Positions 20,464-30,202 of a stretch of DNA of 64,000 nt are shown here, piece by piece. Both the position numbers and the translations under genes were made by a program. Source of the stretch: Candidatus Omnitrophota bacterium (lineage in GTDB: Bacteria > Omnitrophota > Gorgyraeia > Ghiorseimicrobiales > Ghiorseimicrobiaceae); NCBI GenBank assembly GCA_030681595.1, contig JAUXSB010000003.1, positions 31,207 through 95,206 on the forward strand, read 5' to 3'. How positions within the stretch are numbered: the stretch's first letter is position 1; each line of letters begins with the position of its first letter. Below the pieces are notes generated by a model that searched no databases, had not been told where the DNA came from, and was given only the letters and a program-made list of their open reading frames with translations.

Positions 20464-21738
20464 TTACTCCAATTTAAATTTACTAATAGACGACTTAAAT
20501 GCCTCGGATAATTTATTCAACTGCATAGCGCTATTGGCTATCTGCTTGGCCGCCACAGCAAACTGCTTGGTAACCGTATCAATGTTTTTCATTGCCTCGG
20601 CGACTTGCGAGGAGGCGGTCTTCTGCTGCTGGGTAGCCAGCGAGATTTCCTTGGAAATCTTGGCACTGTCTTCTACCATCTTTAAACCTTCGGAAACTCC
20701 CTGCGTTGAGTCTTCTATGCCCATTACTACATTATTAGTCTCGGATTGTATTTCACCAATCAGCTGCCTAATCTCACCGGTAGACTCTATGGAACGCTCG
20801 GCTAATTTCCTTACCTCGGAAGCGACTACGGCAAAGCCGCGCCCTGCCTCTCCTGCGCGCGCCGCCTCAATAGCGGCATTTAAAGCCAAAAGGTTGGTCT
20901 GGCTTGAGAGGTCGTCAATCATGGAAGTAATCTTGCCGATGGCCTGCGATTTTTCGCCTAGGCATAAGATTTTCTTGGCGGCATCGGAAACTTTGGCGTT
21001 TATCTCTTTCATTTCAAGCAGGGTGCGCTCTGCGGCACGGGTGACGTTAAAGGCATTTTCGGCAATCGCTGTGGCTGTGCGGGAAAGCTCTTCCATCGTA
21101 GAAGTGGTTTCAGTAACAGCGGAAGCCTGCTCAGTTAAAGCTACGCTCTGCTCTTCGGCGGCAGAACGAATCTGCGTAGTTTCAGCGCTCACTTCCAAGC
21201 CAGCCTCACGAATTTGTTTAATCAACTCTTTCAGGCTTTTAATCATATGGTTGAAAGATTCTACCAGAGGCTTAAGCACAGGCAAGATATCTAAGGCCAT
21301 CTCCTGCGCCAGATTGTTTTCTTTCGAAGCATTTATTGTAAATACAGTTAACCTGCTTATGTCTTCCTCTAATTCCCTTCTTGCCCTAACCGCAGACCCC
21401 TCTTCCATCCTTTTATCTATAAGCATCTGATGCAAGATTTCAACGGTCTTATTAAAAGTCTCGGAGAATTTCCCAAACTCATCATTTGTTTTTACATCTA
21501 ATACTAAATCGTAATTACCCATAGCCAGGCCTTTAGAGGTAATCAATATTATGTCTATGGCGGCTACTATCCCGCGGATCTTCCGCCAGCTAAAAAAAAC
21601 ACATACCCCTACTAATACCAATTGTATCAACACCTTTAAAATTATGGGTATATTCAATAATCCCACCGCTAAAATTCCAAGCGAACCGGCAACAGTACAG
21701 CTGCCGCTTACCAAAATCAATTTATGCCTGACTAGCAT
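20464..21738 (-). CDS. Methyl-accepting chemotaxis protein (two TM, HAMP, no large sensor domain)
   Basis: 424 aa. It has the highly conserved signalling-domain core [40 protein letters not shown]. Confidence 0.9.
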   Translation of the reverse strand: MLVRHKLILVSGSCTVAGSLGILAVGLLNIPIILKVLIQLVLVGVCVFFSWRKIRGIVAAIDIILITSKGLAMGNYDLVLDVKTNDEFGKFSETFNKTVEILHQMLIDKRMEEGSAVRARRELEEDISRLTVFTINASKENNLAQEMALDILPVLKPLVESFNHMIKSLKELIKQIREAGLEVSAETTQIRSAAEEQSVALTEQASAVTETTSTMEELSRTATAIAENAFNVTRAAERTLLEMKEINAKVSDAAKKILCLGEKSQAIGKITSMIDDLSSQTNLLALNAAIEAARAGEAGRGFAVVASEVRKLAERSIESTGEIRQLIGEIQSETNNVVMGIEDSTQGVSEGLKMVEDSAKISKEISLATQQQKTASSQVAEAMKNIDTVTKQFAVAAKQIANSAMQLNKLSEAFKSSISKFKLE

Positions 21739-21891
21739 TTAACACCCCCGTTTAAAAACTTAAAAATAAAAAGTAAAAAATAAAATATTATGACTGTTTG
21801 ATTCTCGCGATTTTTAAGCTTCAGTTGTCATTTTTTATTATTGGCTTTTAGTTTTTTATATTTAATATTTAATTTTTATTTTAGTTTTTAA

Positions 21892-24216
21892 CTATCCTGC
21901 CAGCCTCTCGATAGTCTCCAATAAATTAGTCTGGTCAAAGGCACTTTTAACAATATAAGCCTGGGCTCCTACTTCAATGCCGCGCCTCTTGTCTTCTTCT
22001 TTGGCAAGAGCCGTAACAAATATTAAAGGAATATCTTTATACTGCTCCTTTTGTTTAAAAGTCTTGCAAAATTCAAATCCGTCCATTCTCGGCATCTGCA
22101 CATCACAGACAATCAAATCATATTTTACCTGCGCTAATTTATCCAAAGCATCCAAACCGTCTATAGCGGTATTCACATGGTACCCTTGAGATTCCAAAAT
22201 ACTGCGTTCTAGTTCGCGCGTGGTAAGCGAATCCTCTACCACCAATATCTTCTTCTTTGCTTTCTCTTCTATTGAGAAAGTTTTCTGCTGAGCGAGTGCC
22301 GAATGGTCCATCCGGCTTGAAGCAATTAAATCCGCTACGTCTAAAATTACAATCACCTTGCCTGTCCCTAAAACCGTTGCCCCCGCGATGTTCTTGATTT
22401 TACCTAAATGCGGGCCTAAACTTTTAATGAATACCTCCTGCTCCGCCACAATGGTATCTACGATAAAACCAACCCGTTTTTCTAAAGAGGTAACGATAAT
22501 TACATTCAACTCTTCTTTATTTCTTCGTTCTTCATCTTCCTTAATTATGGCCGGTAAACCCAAAACATCGCTTAAACGCACCAATGCAACAGTACGCTCC
22601 CTTACCCGAATAGCCATTTTGTTCTCGACCGTAGAGATATCGGAGGGCTTAATTTTTAAAATCTCCTCTATTGAAAGCATAGGAAAAGCGTAGCTCTGAG
22701 CGTTAACATTAGCCAAAAGCACATCAATTATGGCGATAGTTAACGGCAATTCTAAAATTATCTTTGTACCCTTACCTTTTTCAAAAGTAATATGAACCTT
22801 ACCTTTTAACTTGTCGATCTGGGTCTTGACAATGTCTAACCCTACCCCTCTTCCGGAAATATCGGTGATAATAGGCGAGGTGGAAAACCCGCTCCTGAAA
22901 ATAAATAACGATACCTCTTCTTCGTTCATTTTATGTAATTCTATTTCTGAAGCCAGCCTCTTTTTAAGGATAATTTCTTTAATTTTATCAATATTTAAGC
23001 CCCGGCCGTCATCGGAAACCTCAATAACAACTTGGCCGCCTTCCTGGGCGGCATAAATGCGTATGGTTCCCTCCTCATTCTTACCGGCGGCCTTCCTTTC
23101 CTCGGGTAATTCTATCCCATGGTCAACGCAATTCCTCAAGATATGTATCAGCGGATCCTTTATTGCCTCCAGTACTTTTTTATCCAATTCCGTTTCATCC
23201 CCTTTTACTATCAGATTAATTTTTTTTGCCTGTTCAAATGCGATATCGCGCACCAGGCGCGGAAAATCGTCAAATATCGTTGAACACGAAAGCATCCTTA
23301 TCTCTTTCATCCGCTGTTGCAGCTCATCAATAATCGGATCCATGTGTATGGCTTCATTGGAAATTTCTTCAAATATAGCCGCCATTTCTTCCTTTATTTT
23401 TTCCGCGTCAACATTACACTGGTGCAAAACATCAAGGGAGCGCTTAAAATCAGCGCTGTTTTTAAAATCATCATTATTTTTAAAATCATCAAAAAAAACG
23501 GATAATCTCTTTTGGTGTTCTTTGGTAGACTTAGTTATTTTTTTAAGGGCGATTATTTTCTGCGATGCCTTAATTTTGTTTATCACCATCTCGCCTAACA
23601 GGTTAAGCAGCTTATTTATGCGGCTTAAAGAAACGCGCACATATTCGTCTATCGGCGCAGGCGAGGCTTGCGGCAGGGTGGAATTATTGACAGTTTCAAG
23701 AAAGCTCTCCTCTTTCTTTTTAATAACCTCCTCCTCGGCGGCAGGAGACTCTTTTTTCCTTTCCTCTTTTTTATCTTTTGCGCGGGATTGGGCCTTTAAT
23801 TCCTTATGCAGAGATTTACTATCCCTGCTTACTAAACATAATTCCAGCTCGCTGCATACCACGCTAACATCTATATCAACATGCTGGCCGCGTATAATCT
23901 TATCTAAAATGATTTTTATGGAATCTAAAGCTTTAAAAGTCTTATTTGCTATTTCCGATGAAAACTTCAAATTCTTTTCGGTTAGGGCGCCAAAAATATC
24001 CTCTATGCGGTGGGCGATCTCTTGTATCTCAAAAAAACCCATCATCCGGGCTACGCCTTTTAAAGTGTGCGCTACCCTAAAGAGCTCCTTTAGAAGCTCG
24101 GCATCATCAGGGTTTTTTTCCAAAACCACTAAACCCTTGCTTAATTTGCCTAAATGCTCCTCGGCTTCTGTCTTAAAAGTGGCGATAAACTCTGCCCTGT
24201 TAAATGCCCCTGACAT
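21892..24216 (-). CDS. cheA: CheA histidine kinase with C-terminal receiver domain (CheA-REC fusion)
   Basis: 774 aa. The domains run Hpt (FRVAHTLKGVARMMG), then HATPase (HILRNCVDHGIE, DDGRGL, GRGVGLD), then a CheW-like domain. The C-terminal REC domain reads ILVVEDSLTTRE...CDVQMPRMDG. Confidence 0.92.
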   Translation of the reverse strand: MSGAFNRAEFIATFKTEAEEHLGKLSKGLVVLEKNPDDAELLKELFRVAHTLKGVARMMGFFEIQEIAHRIEDIFGALTEKNLKFSSEIANKTFKALDSIKIILDKIIRGQHVDIDVSVVCSELELCLVSRDSKSLHKELKAQSRAKDKKEERKKESPAAEEEVIKKKEESFLETVNNSTLPQASPAPIDEYVRVSLSRINKLLNLLGEMVINKIKASQKIIALKKITKSTKEHQKRLSVFFDDFKNNDDFKNSADFKRSLDVLHQCNVDAEKIKEEMAAIFEEISNEAIHMDPIIDELQQRMKEIRMLSCSTIFDDFPRLVRDIAFEQAKKINLIVKGDETELDKKVLEAIKDPLIHILRNCVDHGIELPEERKAAGKNEEGTIRIYAAQEGGQVVIEVSDDGRGLNIDKIKEIILKKRLASEIELHKMNEEEVSLFIFRSGFSTSPIITDISGRGVGLDIVKTQIDKLKGKVHITFEKGKGTKIILELPLTIAIIDVLLANVNAQSYAFPMLSIEEILKIKPSDISTVENKMAIRVRERTVALVRLSDVLGLPAIIKEDEERRNKEELNVIIVTSLEKRVGFIVDTIVAEQEVFIKSLGPHLGKIKNIAGATVLGTGKVIVILDVADLIASSRMDHSALAQQKTFSIEEKAKKKILVVEDSLTTRELERSILESQGYHVNTAIDGLDALDKLAQVKYDLIVCDVQMPRMDGFEFCKTFKQKEQYKDIPLIFVTALAKEEDKRRGIEVGAQAYIVKSAFDQTNLLETIERLAG

Positions 24217-24219
24217 AGC

Positions 24220-25374
24220 TTAAGTTTCCCTATCTGCTATTTCTTCCCTGAATTTGACTACATGTTTTTTAAGATTATCCGCGAGATCATTCAGCTTGGT
24301 GGAACTAGCAACTGACTGCTTGGCCGCCACGGCAAACTGCTTGGTAACCGTATCGATGTTTTTCATTGCCTCGGCGACTTGCGAGGAGGCGGTCTTCTGC
24401 TGCTGGGTAGCCAGCGAGATTTCTTTGGAAATCTTAGCACTGTCTTCTACCATCTTTAAACCTTCGGAAACACCGCGTGTTGAATCTTCTATGCCCATTA
24501 CTACGCTGTTAGTTTCCGCCTGTATTTCATTAATCAGCTGCCTAATCTCCTCGGTGGACTCGACTGAACGCTCGGCTAATTTCCTTACCTCGGAAGCGAC
24601 TACGGCAAAGCCGCGCCCTGCCTCTCCTGCGCGCGCCGCCTCAATAGCGGCATTTAAAGCCAGGAGGTTGGTCTGGCTTGAGAGGTCGTCAATCATGGAA
24701 GTAATCTTGCCGATGGTCTGCGATTTTTCGCCAAGTGCCAATATTTTCTTGGCGGCATCGGAAACTTTGACGCTTATCTCTTTCATTTCAAGCAGGGTGC
24801 GCTCTGCGGCACGGGTGACGTTATACGCGTTTTCAGCGATAGATGAAGCGGTACGGGAGAGCTCTTCCATTGTGCTGGTAGTTTCAGTGACGGCGGAAGA
24901 CTGTTCAGAGGCACCCGAGGCCTGTTCTTCGGTCGAGGCCATTATTTGGGCAGCGCAGGAAGTTACTTCCAGGCTTGCCTGCTGGATCTGATACATTAAA
25001 TTTCTTATACTTGCTATCCTCTTTACTGCCGCTCCTTCTTCCATCCGTTTATCAATAAGCATCTCATGAAGGATATCTATGGTGCGGTTAAAACTTTCGG
25101 CGAATTTACCAAATTCATCCTTGGTTTTTATATCCAACACTAAATCATAGTTGCCATAATTAAGCCCTTTGGATACATCCACAATCAACTCTAAAGGCGC
25201 AAGAAGCCTAAAAATGCCATATATGATAAGAATTACGCTAACCGCTATTAAGATAAACTTTGAACCGAGGTTTAAAGAAGGGGTTAATTGCAGGGTGTCT
25301 ATCCAGAATAAGCCGATAAAAAGCAAAATAATAGCTGCGCCGGTGATTAATAATAATTTATACTTTACACGCAT
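24220..25374 (-). CDS. Methyl-accepting chemotaxis protein, paralog of 20464-21738
   Basis: 384 aa. It has the same signalling core. The 3' ~600 nt are nearly identical at DNA level to the other MCP. Confidence 0.9.
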   Translation of the reverse strand: MRVKYKLLLITGAAIILLFIGLFWIDTLQLTPSLNLGSKFILIAVSVILIIYGIFRLLAPLELIVDVSKGLNYGNYDLVLDIKTKDEFGKFAESFNRTIDILHEMLIDKRMEEGAAVKRIASIRNLMYQIQQASLEVTSCAAQIMASTEEQASGASEQSSAVTETTSTMEELSRTASSIAENAYNVTRAAERTLLEMKEISVKVSDAAKKILALGEKSQTIGKITSMIDDLSSQTNLLALNAAIEAARAGEAGRGFAVVASEVRKLAERSVESTEEIRQLINEIQAETNSVVMGIEDSTRGVSEGLKMVEDSAKISKEISLATQQQKTASSQVAEAMKNIDTVTKQFAVAAKQSVASSTKLNDLADNLKKHVVKFREEIADRET

Positions 25375-25550
25375 AACTACCTCCTATCCCGCGTAAAAAA
25401 TTTTACTAAAAAATAAGTAAACTTTCATCGTCACGGCAGCCACAAAAATACCTGCTAAATAAATCAACTTTTCTGCCGGCCTGAAAGATTCTTTAAATAA
25501 ATGGGATCCGGTAGCCTTATTTAGCCTCTAAAAAACCTAGCGCGGGATTT

Positions 25551-25661
25551 ACCCCGTTAGAGAAACCGTCTTATTTTAGTCAGCGGTCATTACTAAATCC
25601 AACGATGGTCAAAACTCAGCGTCAGCGCAAACCATTAGAGAATTTCGTTCTCTAACGGGGT
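25551..25661. repeat. 111-bp element bounded by 14-bp terminal inverted repeats ACCCCGTTAGAGAA / TTCTCTAACGGGGT (copy 1)
   Basis: The left repeat is at 25551-25564 and the right repeat at 25648-25661. The element abuts the TAA stop (25664-25662) of the two-CW gene. A third TTAGAGAA at 25634 can pair locally with the right arm. Confidence 0.75.
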
Positions 25662-25904
25662 TTACTGACTAACCTTAATTTCATCCCCTTTACCGTGATC
25701 CTTATAGACCTTACAAATCTTACAAACGCTGACATCTATGCCGGATTCGCCTTTACAGATAGTACCTTTTATTATCCAGCAAGGATATTCCTGTTTTTTG
25801 TATGCCGCGCAACTTGGCGCCCCACCGGGCTTAATCTCACAACCTCTTACTTCCCAACAAGCTGTTTTTCCGGACCAGAATCCTGTTCCTTTTGGTAAAG
25901 CCAT
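25662..25904 (-). CDS. Small Cys-rich protein with two C-W motifs ('two-CW'-type)
   Basis: 80 aa: ...TACWEVRGC...SCAAYKKQEYPCWIIKGTICKG...VCKICKVYK. A strong RBS (GGGGAGG) lies 5 nt upstream of the ATG. Confidence 0.6.
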   Translation of the reverse strand: MALPKGTGFWSGKTACWEVRGCEIKPGGAPSCAAYKKQEYPCWIIKGTICKGESGIDVSVCKICKVYKDHGKGDEIKVSQ

Positions 25905-25908
25905 CTTT

Positions 25909-26028
25909 TCCTCCCCTCAATGACGGCATAACTTATGGAGCCAGAGACGACATAAGTTATCAGCCGGAATTGATCCCGATAGTTACAAGAAAATTTAGTA
26001 TAAATTTTCGCAGTGTTTTACTATCGGG
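25909..26028 (-). promoter_or_regulatory. Conserved structured upstream element, copy C
   Basis: Read on the minus strand: CCCGATAGT-AAAACA-CTGCGAAAATTT-ATA-CTAAATTTTCTTG-TA-ACTATCGGG, then ATCAATTCC, the hairpin GGCTGATAACTTATG...CATAAGTTATGCC, GTCATTGAGGGGAGG and the ATG. Confidence 0.55.
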
Positions 26029-26147
26029 ACAATGATCCCCGTCGGTTATCTTATCCTCTGCAATTCGAAGAATTACGAGGACTTAGTCCCTGAAATTGCT
26101 TCGCAATTTCTAGGGGCGAGACGGGACAAACCGACCTTTCTATTTTC

Positions 26148-26669
26148 TTACCTCTTTAAAGCAAAAATCTTTTCTACGTTTAAAATCGCGAAAAAAACAT
26201 CGCCGGATTTGCATTCTCCGACAATATATTCCGCCCGCTCCGGATCCAGCGTCTCCAGCGGCGGGTCGATATTATTTAATTCCACGTCTGCAACTTTAGA
26301 TATCTCATCTACGACTATGCCGGTTTCAAACTCGTTTGCGCGGATAACCAAGATCCGGCTTTCCCTGCCAATAGGCAGAGGTGTAAGACCGAATATCTTT
26401 TTTAAATCAGTAATAGATAAAATATTGCCTCTTAGGTTAACTATACCGGCAATATGTGCCGGCGCGCAAGGAAGATAGGTAAGTTCAAATATTTTTGCCA
26501 CATCTTTTACCTTAGAAATTTCAACCCCGTACCACTCCTTACCGAGCCTAAAATTAATAAAGCGGAGTTTCCGCGCTTCCGGCCGCCTCTCTTCATCATA
26601 AAAATCCTTATCAAGGCCAACCCCTGCTTCCAATGCAGCATCCTTATTTTGCGCTAATTGATTATCCAT
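26148..26669 (-). CDS. cheW: CheW coupling protein (second copy)
   Basis: 173 aa. It has FRLGKEWYGVEISKVKDV...VNLRGNILSITDLKK. Confidence 0.85.
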   Translation of the reverse strand: MDNQLAQNKDAALEAGVGLDKDFYDEERRPEARKLRFINFRLGKEWYGVEISKVKDVAKIFELTYLPCAPAHIAGIVNLRGNILSITDLKKIFGLTPLPIGRESRILVIRANEFETGIVVDEISKVADVELNNIDPPLETLDPERAEYIVGECKSGDVFFAILNVEKIFALKR

Positions 26670-26726
26670 AATTATGTTACAATAACATAAATAACGCTTT
26701 AAGGCAATTATTTTTACAGAGATATT

Positions 26727-27617
26727 TTAGTTCTTATACCTTCCTGAGACATTCGGCTTCGGCTCCATATGTATAATAACATCCGAAACACCTGAGATTT
26801 TATCTTTTATTTCTGTTTCTATTCTGTAACTTAATTTATGGGCGATATCCATACGCATATCATTCATTACTAAAACATGTAGGTCAACATGTATGTCATC
26901 ACATCTGCCGCGCGTACGGATCTTATGGACGCTCAAAACTCCTTCTATGGACATGGCTATTTCCTCTATCTTTTTTGTATCTACCACCGCTGAATCGCAA
27001 AGCACTAACGCGCTGTCCCTTAAAATCTCTACAGCGGCATGGGCGATAAATACCGAAATAAAGATAGCGATAAGCGGGTCCAGGAAATACCACCCTGACT
27101 TTACCGCGAATAATGCCGCAATTACAGAAAACGAAGTAAGTATATCCGCCTTAGTATGCGCGGAATCTGCTATTAATATATCGCTCTTTAGGCGCCTGCC
27201 TGCATTATATTCATAGAACACAACCATAAAATTAATAATTAAAGTGGCAAACATCACCGCAAAACTTAAAAAGTTCGCATCGGGGACAACCGGTTTGCGA
27301 AAACGCTCTATGCTTTCATGGATTATCCCGATACAGACAAAGAACAATAAAAATGCAATCCCTATAGAGGCGAACGTTTCGTACTTTTTGTGGCCGTATG
27401 GATGAGATTCGTCTTTCGGGCGCGAGGCAAGCCAGATACCCAGAAAGCCGATGATGTTTGATGCTCCATCAGACAAAGAATGATAACCGTCGGCGACCAT
27501 AGAACTGCTTTTAATAATATAGCCCATGATAAGTTTGGCCAAAGCGACCACCCAGTTTAAGGCTAATACATAAATAAGCAGCCTCTTTATTTCTAACGCC
27601 CTATTTTTGGCACCCAT
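26727..27617 (-). CDS. Cation diffusion facilitator (CDF) family metal efflux transporter
   Basis: 296 aa with six TM segments. It has the HSLSDGASN and HTKADILTS motifs and the C-terminal cytoplasmic domain (VHKIRTRG...HVDLHV). Confidence 0.85.
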   Translation of the reverse strand: MGAKNRALEIKRLLIYVLALNWVVALAKLIMGYIIKSSSMVADGYHSLSDGASNIIGFLGIWLASRPKDESHPYGHKKYETFASIGIAFLLFFVCIGIIHESIERFRKPVVPDANFLSFAVMFATLIINFMVVFYEYNAGRRLKSDILIADSAHTKADILTSFSVIAALFAVKSGWYFLDPLIAIFISVFIAHAAVEILRDSALVLCDSAVVDTKKIEEIAMSIEGVLSVHKIRTRGRCDDIHVDLHVLVMNDMRMDIAHKLSYRIETEIKDKISGVSDVIIHMEPKPNVSGRYKN

Positions 27618-27963
27618 ATTTATCCAATATCCCGTCTAACTGTTTGAGCATAAAAGGTTTTCTTAGAAATTCATCCACGCCGGCGACTTTCGCGAAAACT
27701 TCGCCTATATCCTTATACCCGGAAATCATAACCAACTTTGCCTGAGGATTTTCTTTTTTTATCGTCTTGATCAAATCTACGCCTGATAAATACGGCATAT
27801 CGCAATCAATAAATACAATATCATAGGTATCGCTTTCCACGCAACGCTTGGCTTCCCGTCCGTCAAAGGCAAGGCTTATTTCGTAATCATTATTTTTCTT
27901 CTTGAGGTATCTCTTCAGCGATAAACAATACTCTCTATCGTCGTCAGCAATAAGAATTTTCAT
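27601..27963 (-). CDS. Single-domain response regulator
   Basis: 120 aa. It has ILIADDDRE, DIVFIDCDMPYLSG and DEFLRKP. Confidence 0.8.
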   Translation of the reverse strand: MKILIADDDREYCLSLKRYLKKKNNDYEISLAFDGREAKRCVESDTYDIVFIDCDMPYLSGVDLIKTIKKENPQAKLVMISGYKDIGEVFAKVAGVDEFLRKPFMLKQLDGILDKYGCQK

Positions 27964-27975
27964 TTTTTATTTTTT

Positions 27976-28095
27976 ACCCCGTTAGAGATACCCTATCTAC
28001 TGCTTAAGACCAACTACTTATTTATAGAAGCTCTATTCTGTTTTTGCCTATCCCGTAATAGACGGCCATCTATGATGGCCTATCTCTAACGGGGT
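27976..28095. repeat. 120-bp element bounded by terminal inverted repeats ACCCCGTTAGAGATA / TATCTCTAACGGGGT (copy 2)
   Basis: The left repeat is at 27976-27990 and the right repeat at 28081-28095. The aldolase TAG stop (28088-28086) lies inside the right arm. The interior is unrelated to that of copy 1. Confidence 0.75.
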
Positions 28096-28877
28096 TTATG
28101 CTTTATCTCTTCATACAGCTCAAATGCCTGTTTTACCTTCGCCTTCTTATGTACGATTTCCCTCACTGCCATAATCATTCCAACAGGACAGTCAGATTGA
28201 AAAATATTCCTGCCCATATCCACCCCTATCGCTCCGTCGGACACTGCATTAAACGCCAGCTCCAGGGCAGCTTTTTCCTCAATTTTTTTTCCTCCGGCAA
28301 TAACCACCGGAACCGGGCATTCCTTAACTACCTGCGTAAAATTCTCGCAATAATAAGTTTTTACAAAATGCGCACCCAATTCCGCGGCAATCCTGCAACA
28401 CAGGCTCAAATAACGCGCGTCGCGGTTCATTTCTTTGCCTACGGCAGTAACTGCTAATACCGGAATGCCGTACTTTTGGCCTTCATCTACAAGATGAGCA
28501 AGGCTCAACAGCGTCTCTTTCTCGTATTCGCTACCCACAAATATCGAAAGAGCAACCGCGGAAACATTTAACCGTAAAGCATCCTCCATTGAAACAGTGA
28601 GCCCTTCGTTAGCTAAGGATTTTCCGATAACGCTTGTGCCTCCGGAAACGCGCAAAACAACCGGGACGTCATCTTGGGCATTAACGGACGCACGCAAGAT
28701 ACCCCGAGTAAGCATAAGAGAATCCGCGTACGGCAGAAGCGGCTTAATAGTTTCTTTCGGCTCTTCTAAACCTGAAGTAGGCCCTAAAAAATAACCATGG
28801 TCTATAGCCAGCATTACAGTACGTCCTGTCTCCGGTTTTATTATACGAGATAACCTGTTTTTTAATCCCCAATCCAT
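28086..28877 (-). CDS. Class I aldolase of the DhnA/FbaB/LsrF family
   Basis: It has MLAIDHG, VLRVSGG, the Schiff-base Lys context FVKTYY, and AGG. I placed the start at the ATG at 28877 (MDWGLKN), which is preceded by GAGGAGGAGG. The track's MSSLRRKS extension reads through the leader. Confidence 0.7.
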   Translation of the reverse strand: MDWGLKNRLSRIIKPETGRTVMLAIDHGYFLGPTSGLEEPKETIKPLLPYADSLMLTRGILRASVNAQDDVPVVLRVSGGTSVIGKSLANEGLTVSMEDALRLNVSAVALSIFVGSEYEKETLLSLAHLVDEGQKYGIPVLAVTAVGKEMNRDARYLSLCCRIAAELGAHFVKTYYCENFTQVVKECPVPVVIAGGKKIEEKAALELAFNAVSDGAIGVDMGRNIFQSDCPVGMIMAVREIVHKKAKVKQAFELYEEIKHKPR

Positions 28878-28883
28878 GGATTT

Positions 28884-29002
28884 CCTCCTCAATGACGACA
28901 TAATTTACGGAAACGAAGTTGACGTAAATTATATGTCGGAATTGATCCCGCCGAATGTACCAAAATTATAGAATATAATTTTGGTACATTTTATGAGGCG
29001 GG
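28884..29002 (-). promoter_or_regulatory. Conserved structured upstream element, copy D
   Basis: Read on the minus strand: CCGCC-TCATAA-AATGTACCAAAATTATA-TTC-TATAATTTTGGTACATT-CGGCGG, then GATCAATTCC, the hairpin GACATATAATTTACG...CGTAAATTATGTC, GTCATTGAGGAGGAGG and the ATG. Confidence 0.55.
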
Positions 29003-29013
29003 ATAAACATTAA

Positions 29014-30042
29014 TCATTTCTGCGGATAAATAATTACTTTCACCGATTCTTTTGCCTCACTGACTAATTTAAAACCCAAAGCCGTATCTTTAAGCGGAAG
29101 CCGGTGCGTAATCATTTTCTCTAAACTAAGGCGCCCGGATTTTATCCAATCTAGCGCCTCGATGTGGTCGCAAGGGCTGCCTGCGTATGAAGAAATAATT
29201 TTACGCTCTGTACGCCAAAAGAGCTTATTTACCGGTAAATTTACGGCCGCGTCTTTATCGGTAGGCGCAAAAAATATTATTGTCCCTGCCAAATCCACTG
29301 ATTCAAACGCCTGATTTATAGCACTTGTTGCTCCCGTGCATAAGATAACTACATCAGCAAACCTTCCTTTATTGAGCTGGTAAAACCCTTGAGGCGTAAA
29401 TTCTTTTGCGTTTACGGCAAAGTCTGCGCCTAACTCTTTAGCTTTACTAAGCCGATGCTCATTGATATCTACCGCTACAATTAAACCAGCACCGCTTGCC
29501 CGCGCAAGATGGATATGTAAAAGCCCGGCTATTCCGCTTCCAATAACTAAAATTGATTGGTTCTTAGATAGATCGGCAATTCTTTGAGCTCGCAAGACAC
29601 AGGCAAGCGGCTCAATAAATGTAGCCAAATCAAAAGAAATATTTTCCGGCAGGCGATATACGCCGTCACGCACATTTATCGCCGGCAGGCGCACATATTC
29701 TGAAAATCCCCCGGGATAAAAATTAGTTTTACGCAGCGTCTCGCAGACCGTCTGGTAGCCATTTTTACAATAATAACACTCGTTGCAAGGGACATGGTGC
29801 GAAGCAGAAACCCTATCGCCCGTATCATATCCTTTAACGCCTTCTCCAACCTCAGCAACAGTCGCGGCTATTTCATGGCCCAATACTAAAGGAACCTTAT
29901 CTTTCCTGTACCACTCCATCACATCAGAACCGCATATCCCTGATGCCTCAACGCGTAACAAAAGCTCGCCCCTGCCTATTTTAGGCTTATCCGTTTCTTC
30001 GATACGCACATCAGAATTGCTGTAATATTTTGCTATACGCAT
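29014..30042 (-). CDS. Zinc-dependent alcohol/polyol dehydrogenase (MDR family, threonine/sorbitol dehydrogenase-like)
   Basis: It has GICGSDV, GHE and the structural-Zn motif CNECYYCKNGYQTVC, plus the Rossmann motif VIGSGIAG. The start is probably the third in-frame ATG (MRIAKYY); the track begins at 30063. Confidence 0.8.
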   Translation of the reverse strand: MRIAKYYSNSDVRIEETDKPKIGRGELLLRVEASGICGSDVMEWYRKDKVPLVLGHEIAATVAEVGEGVKGYDTGDRVSASHHVPCNECYYCKNGYQTVCETLRKTNFYPGGFSEYVRLPAINVRDGVYRLPENISFDLATFIEPLACVLRAQRIADLSKNQSILVIGSGIAGLLHIHLARASGAGLIVAVDINEHRLSKAKELGADFAVNAKEFTPQGFYQLNKGRFADVVILCTGATSAINQAFESVDLAGTIIFFAPTDKDAAVNLPVNKLFWRTERKIISSYAGSPCDHIEALDWIKSGRLSLEKMITHRLPLKDTALGFKLVSEAKESVKVIIYPQK

Positions 30043-30202
30043 ATTCGTCATTCTTCCGAGCATGTTTAAATCTACTCGTCATTAAAATAAAAATGCTTCT
30101 GAAACTTTATAAAAAAGCGATAGATGTTTCTTTTGTCGCCCGATGTTTTTCACTTCGCTGGGCACATTTTAGGCGCAGGGATTTGCTTAAAAAACCACTC
30201 CT

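Noticed and set aside
20534-24991. Long plus-strand ORFs: 20534-21430 (298 aa), 23057-24223 (388 aa), 24254-24991 (245 aa), and smaller ones.
   Set aside because: They lie antisense to the MCP and CheA genes, which carry unmistakable conserved motifs. Their translations are low-complexity Ser/Ala/Leu-rich, as expected for shadow ORFs of coiled-coil-coding DNA.
25551-28095. Inverted-repeat elements (GTTAGAG...CTCTAAC) considered as integron attC sites.
   Set aside because: - The cores only loosely fit GTTRRRY/RYYYAAC.
- The arms are perfect palindromes, without the extrahelical-base asymmetry of attC.
- There is no integrase or attI in the window.
- The flanked genes are not arranged as a promoterless array.
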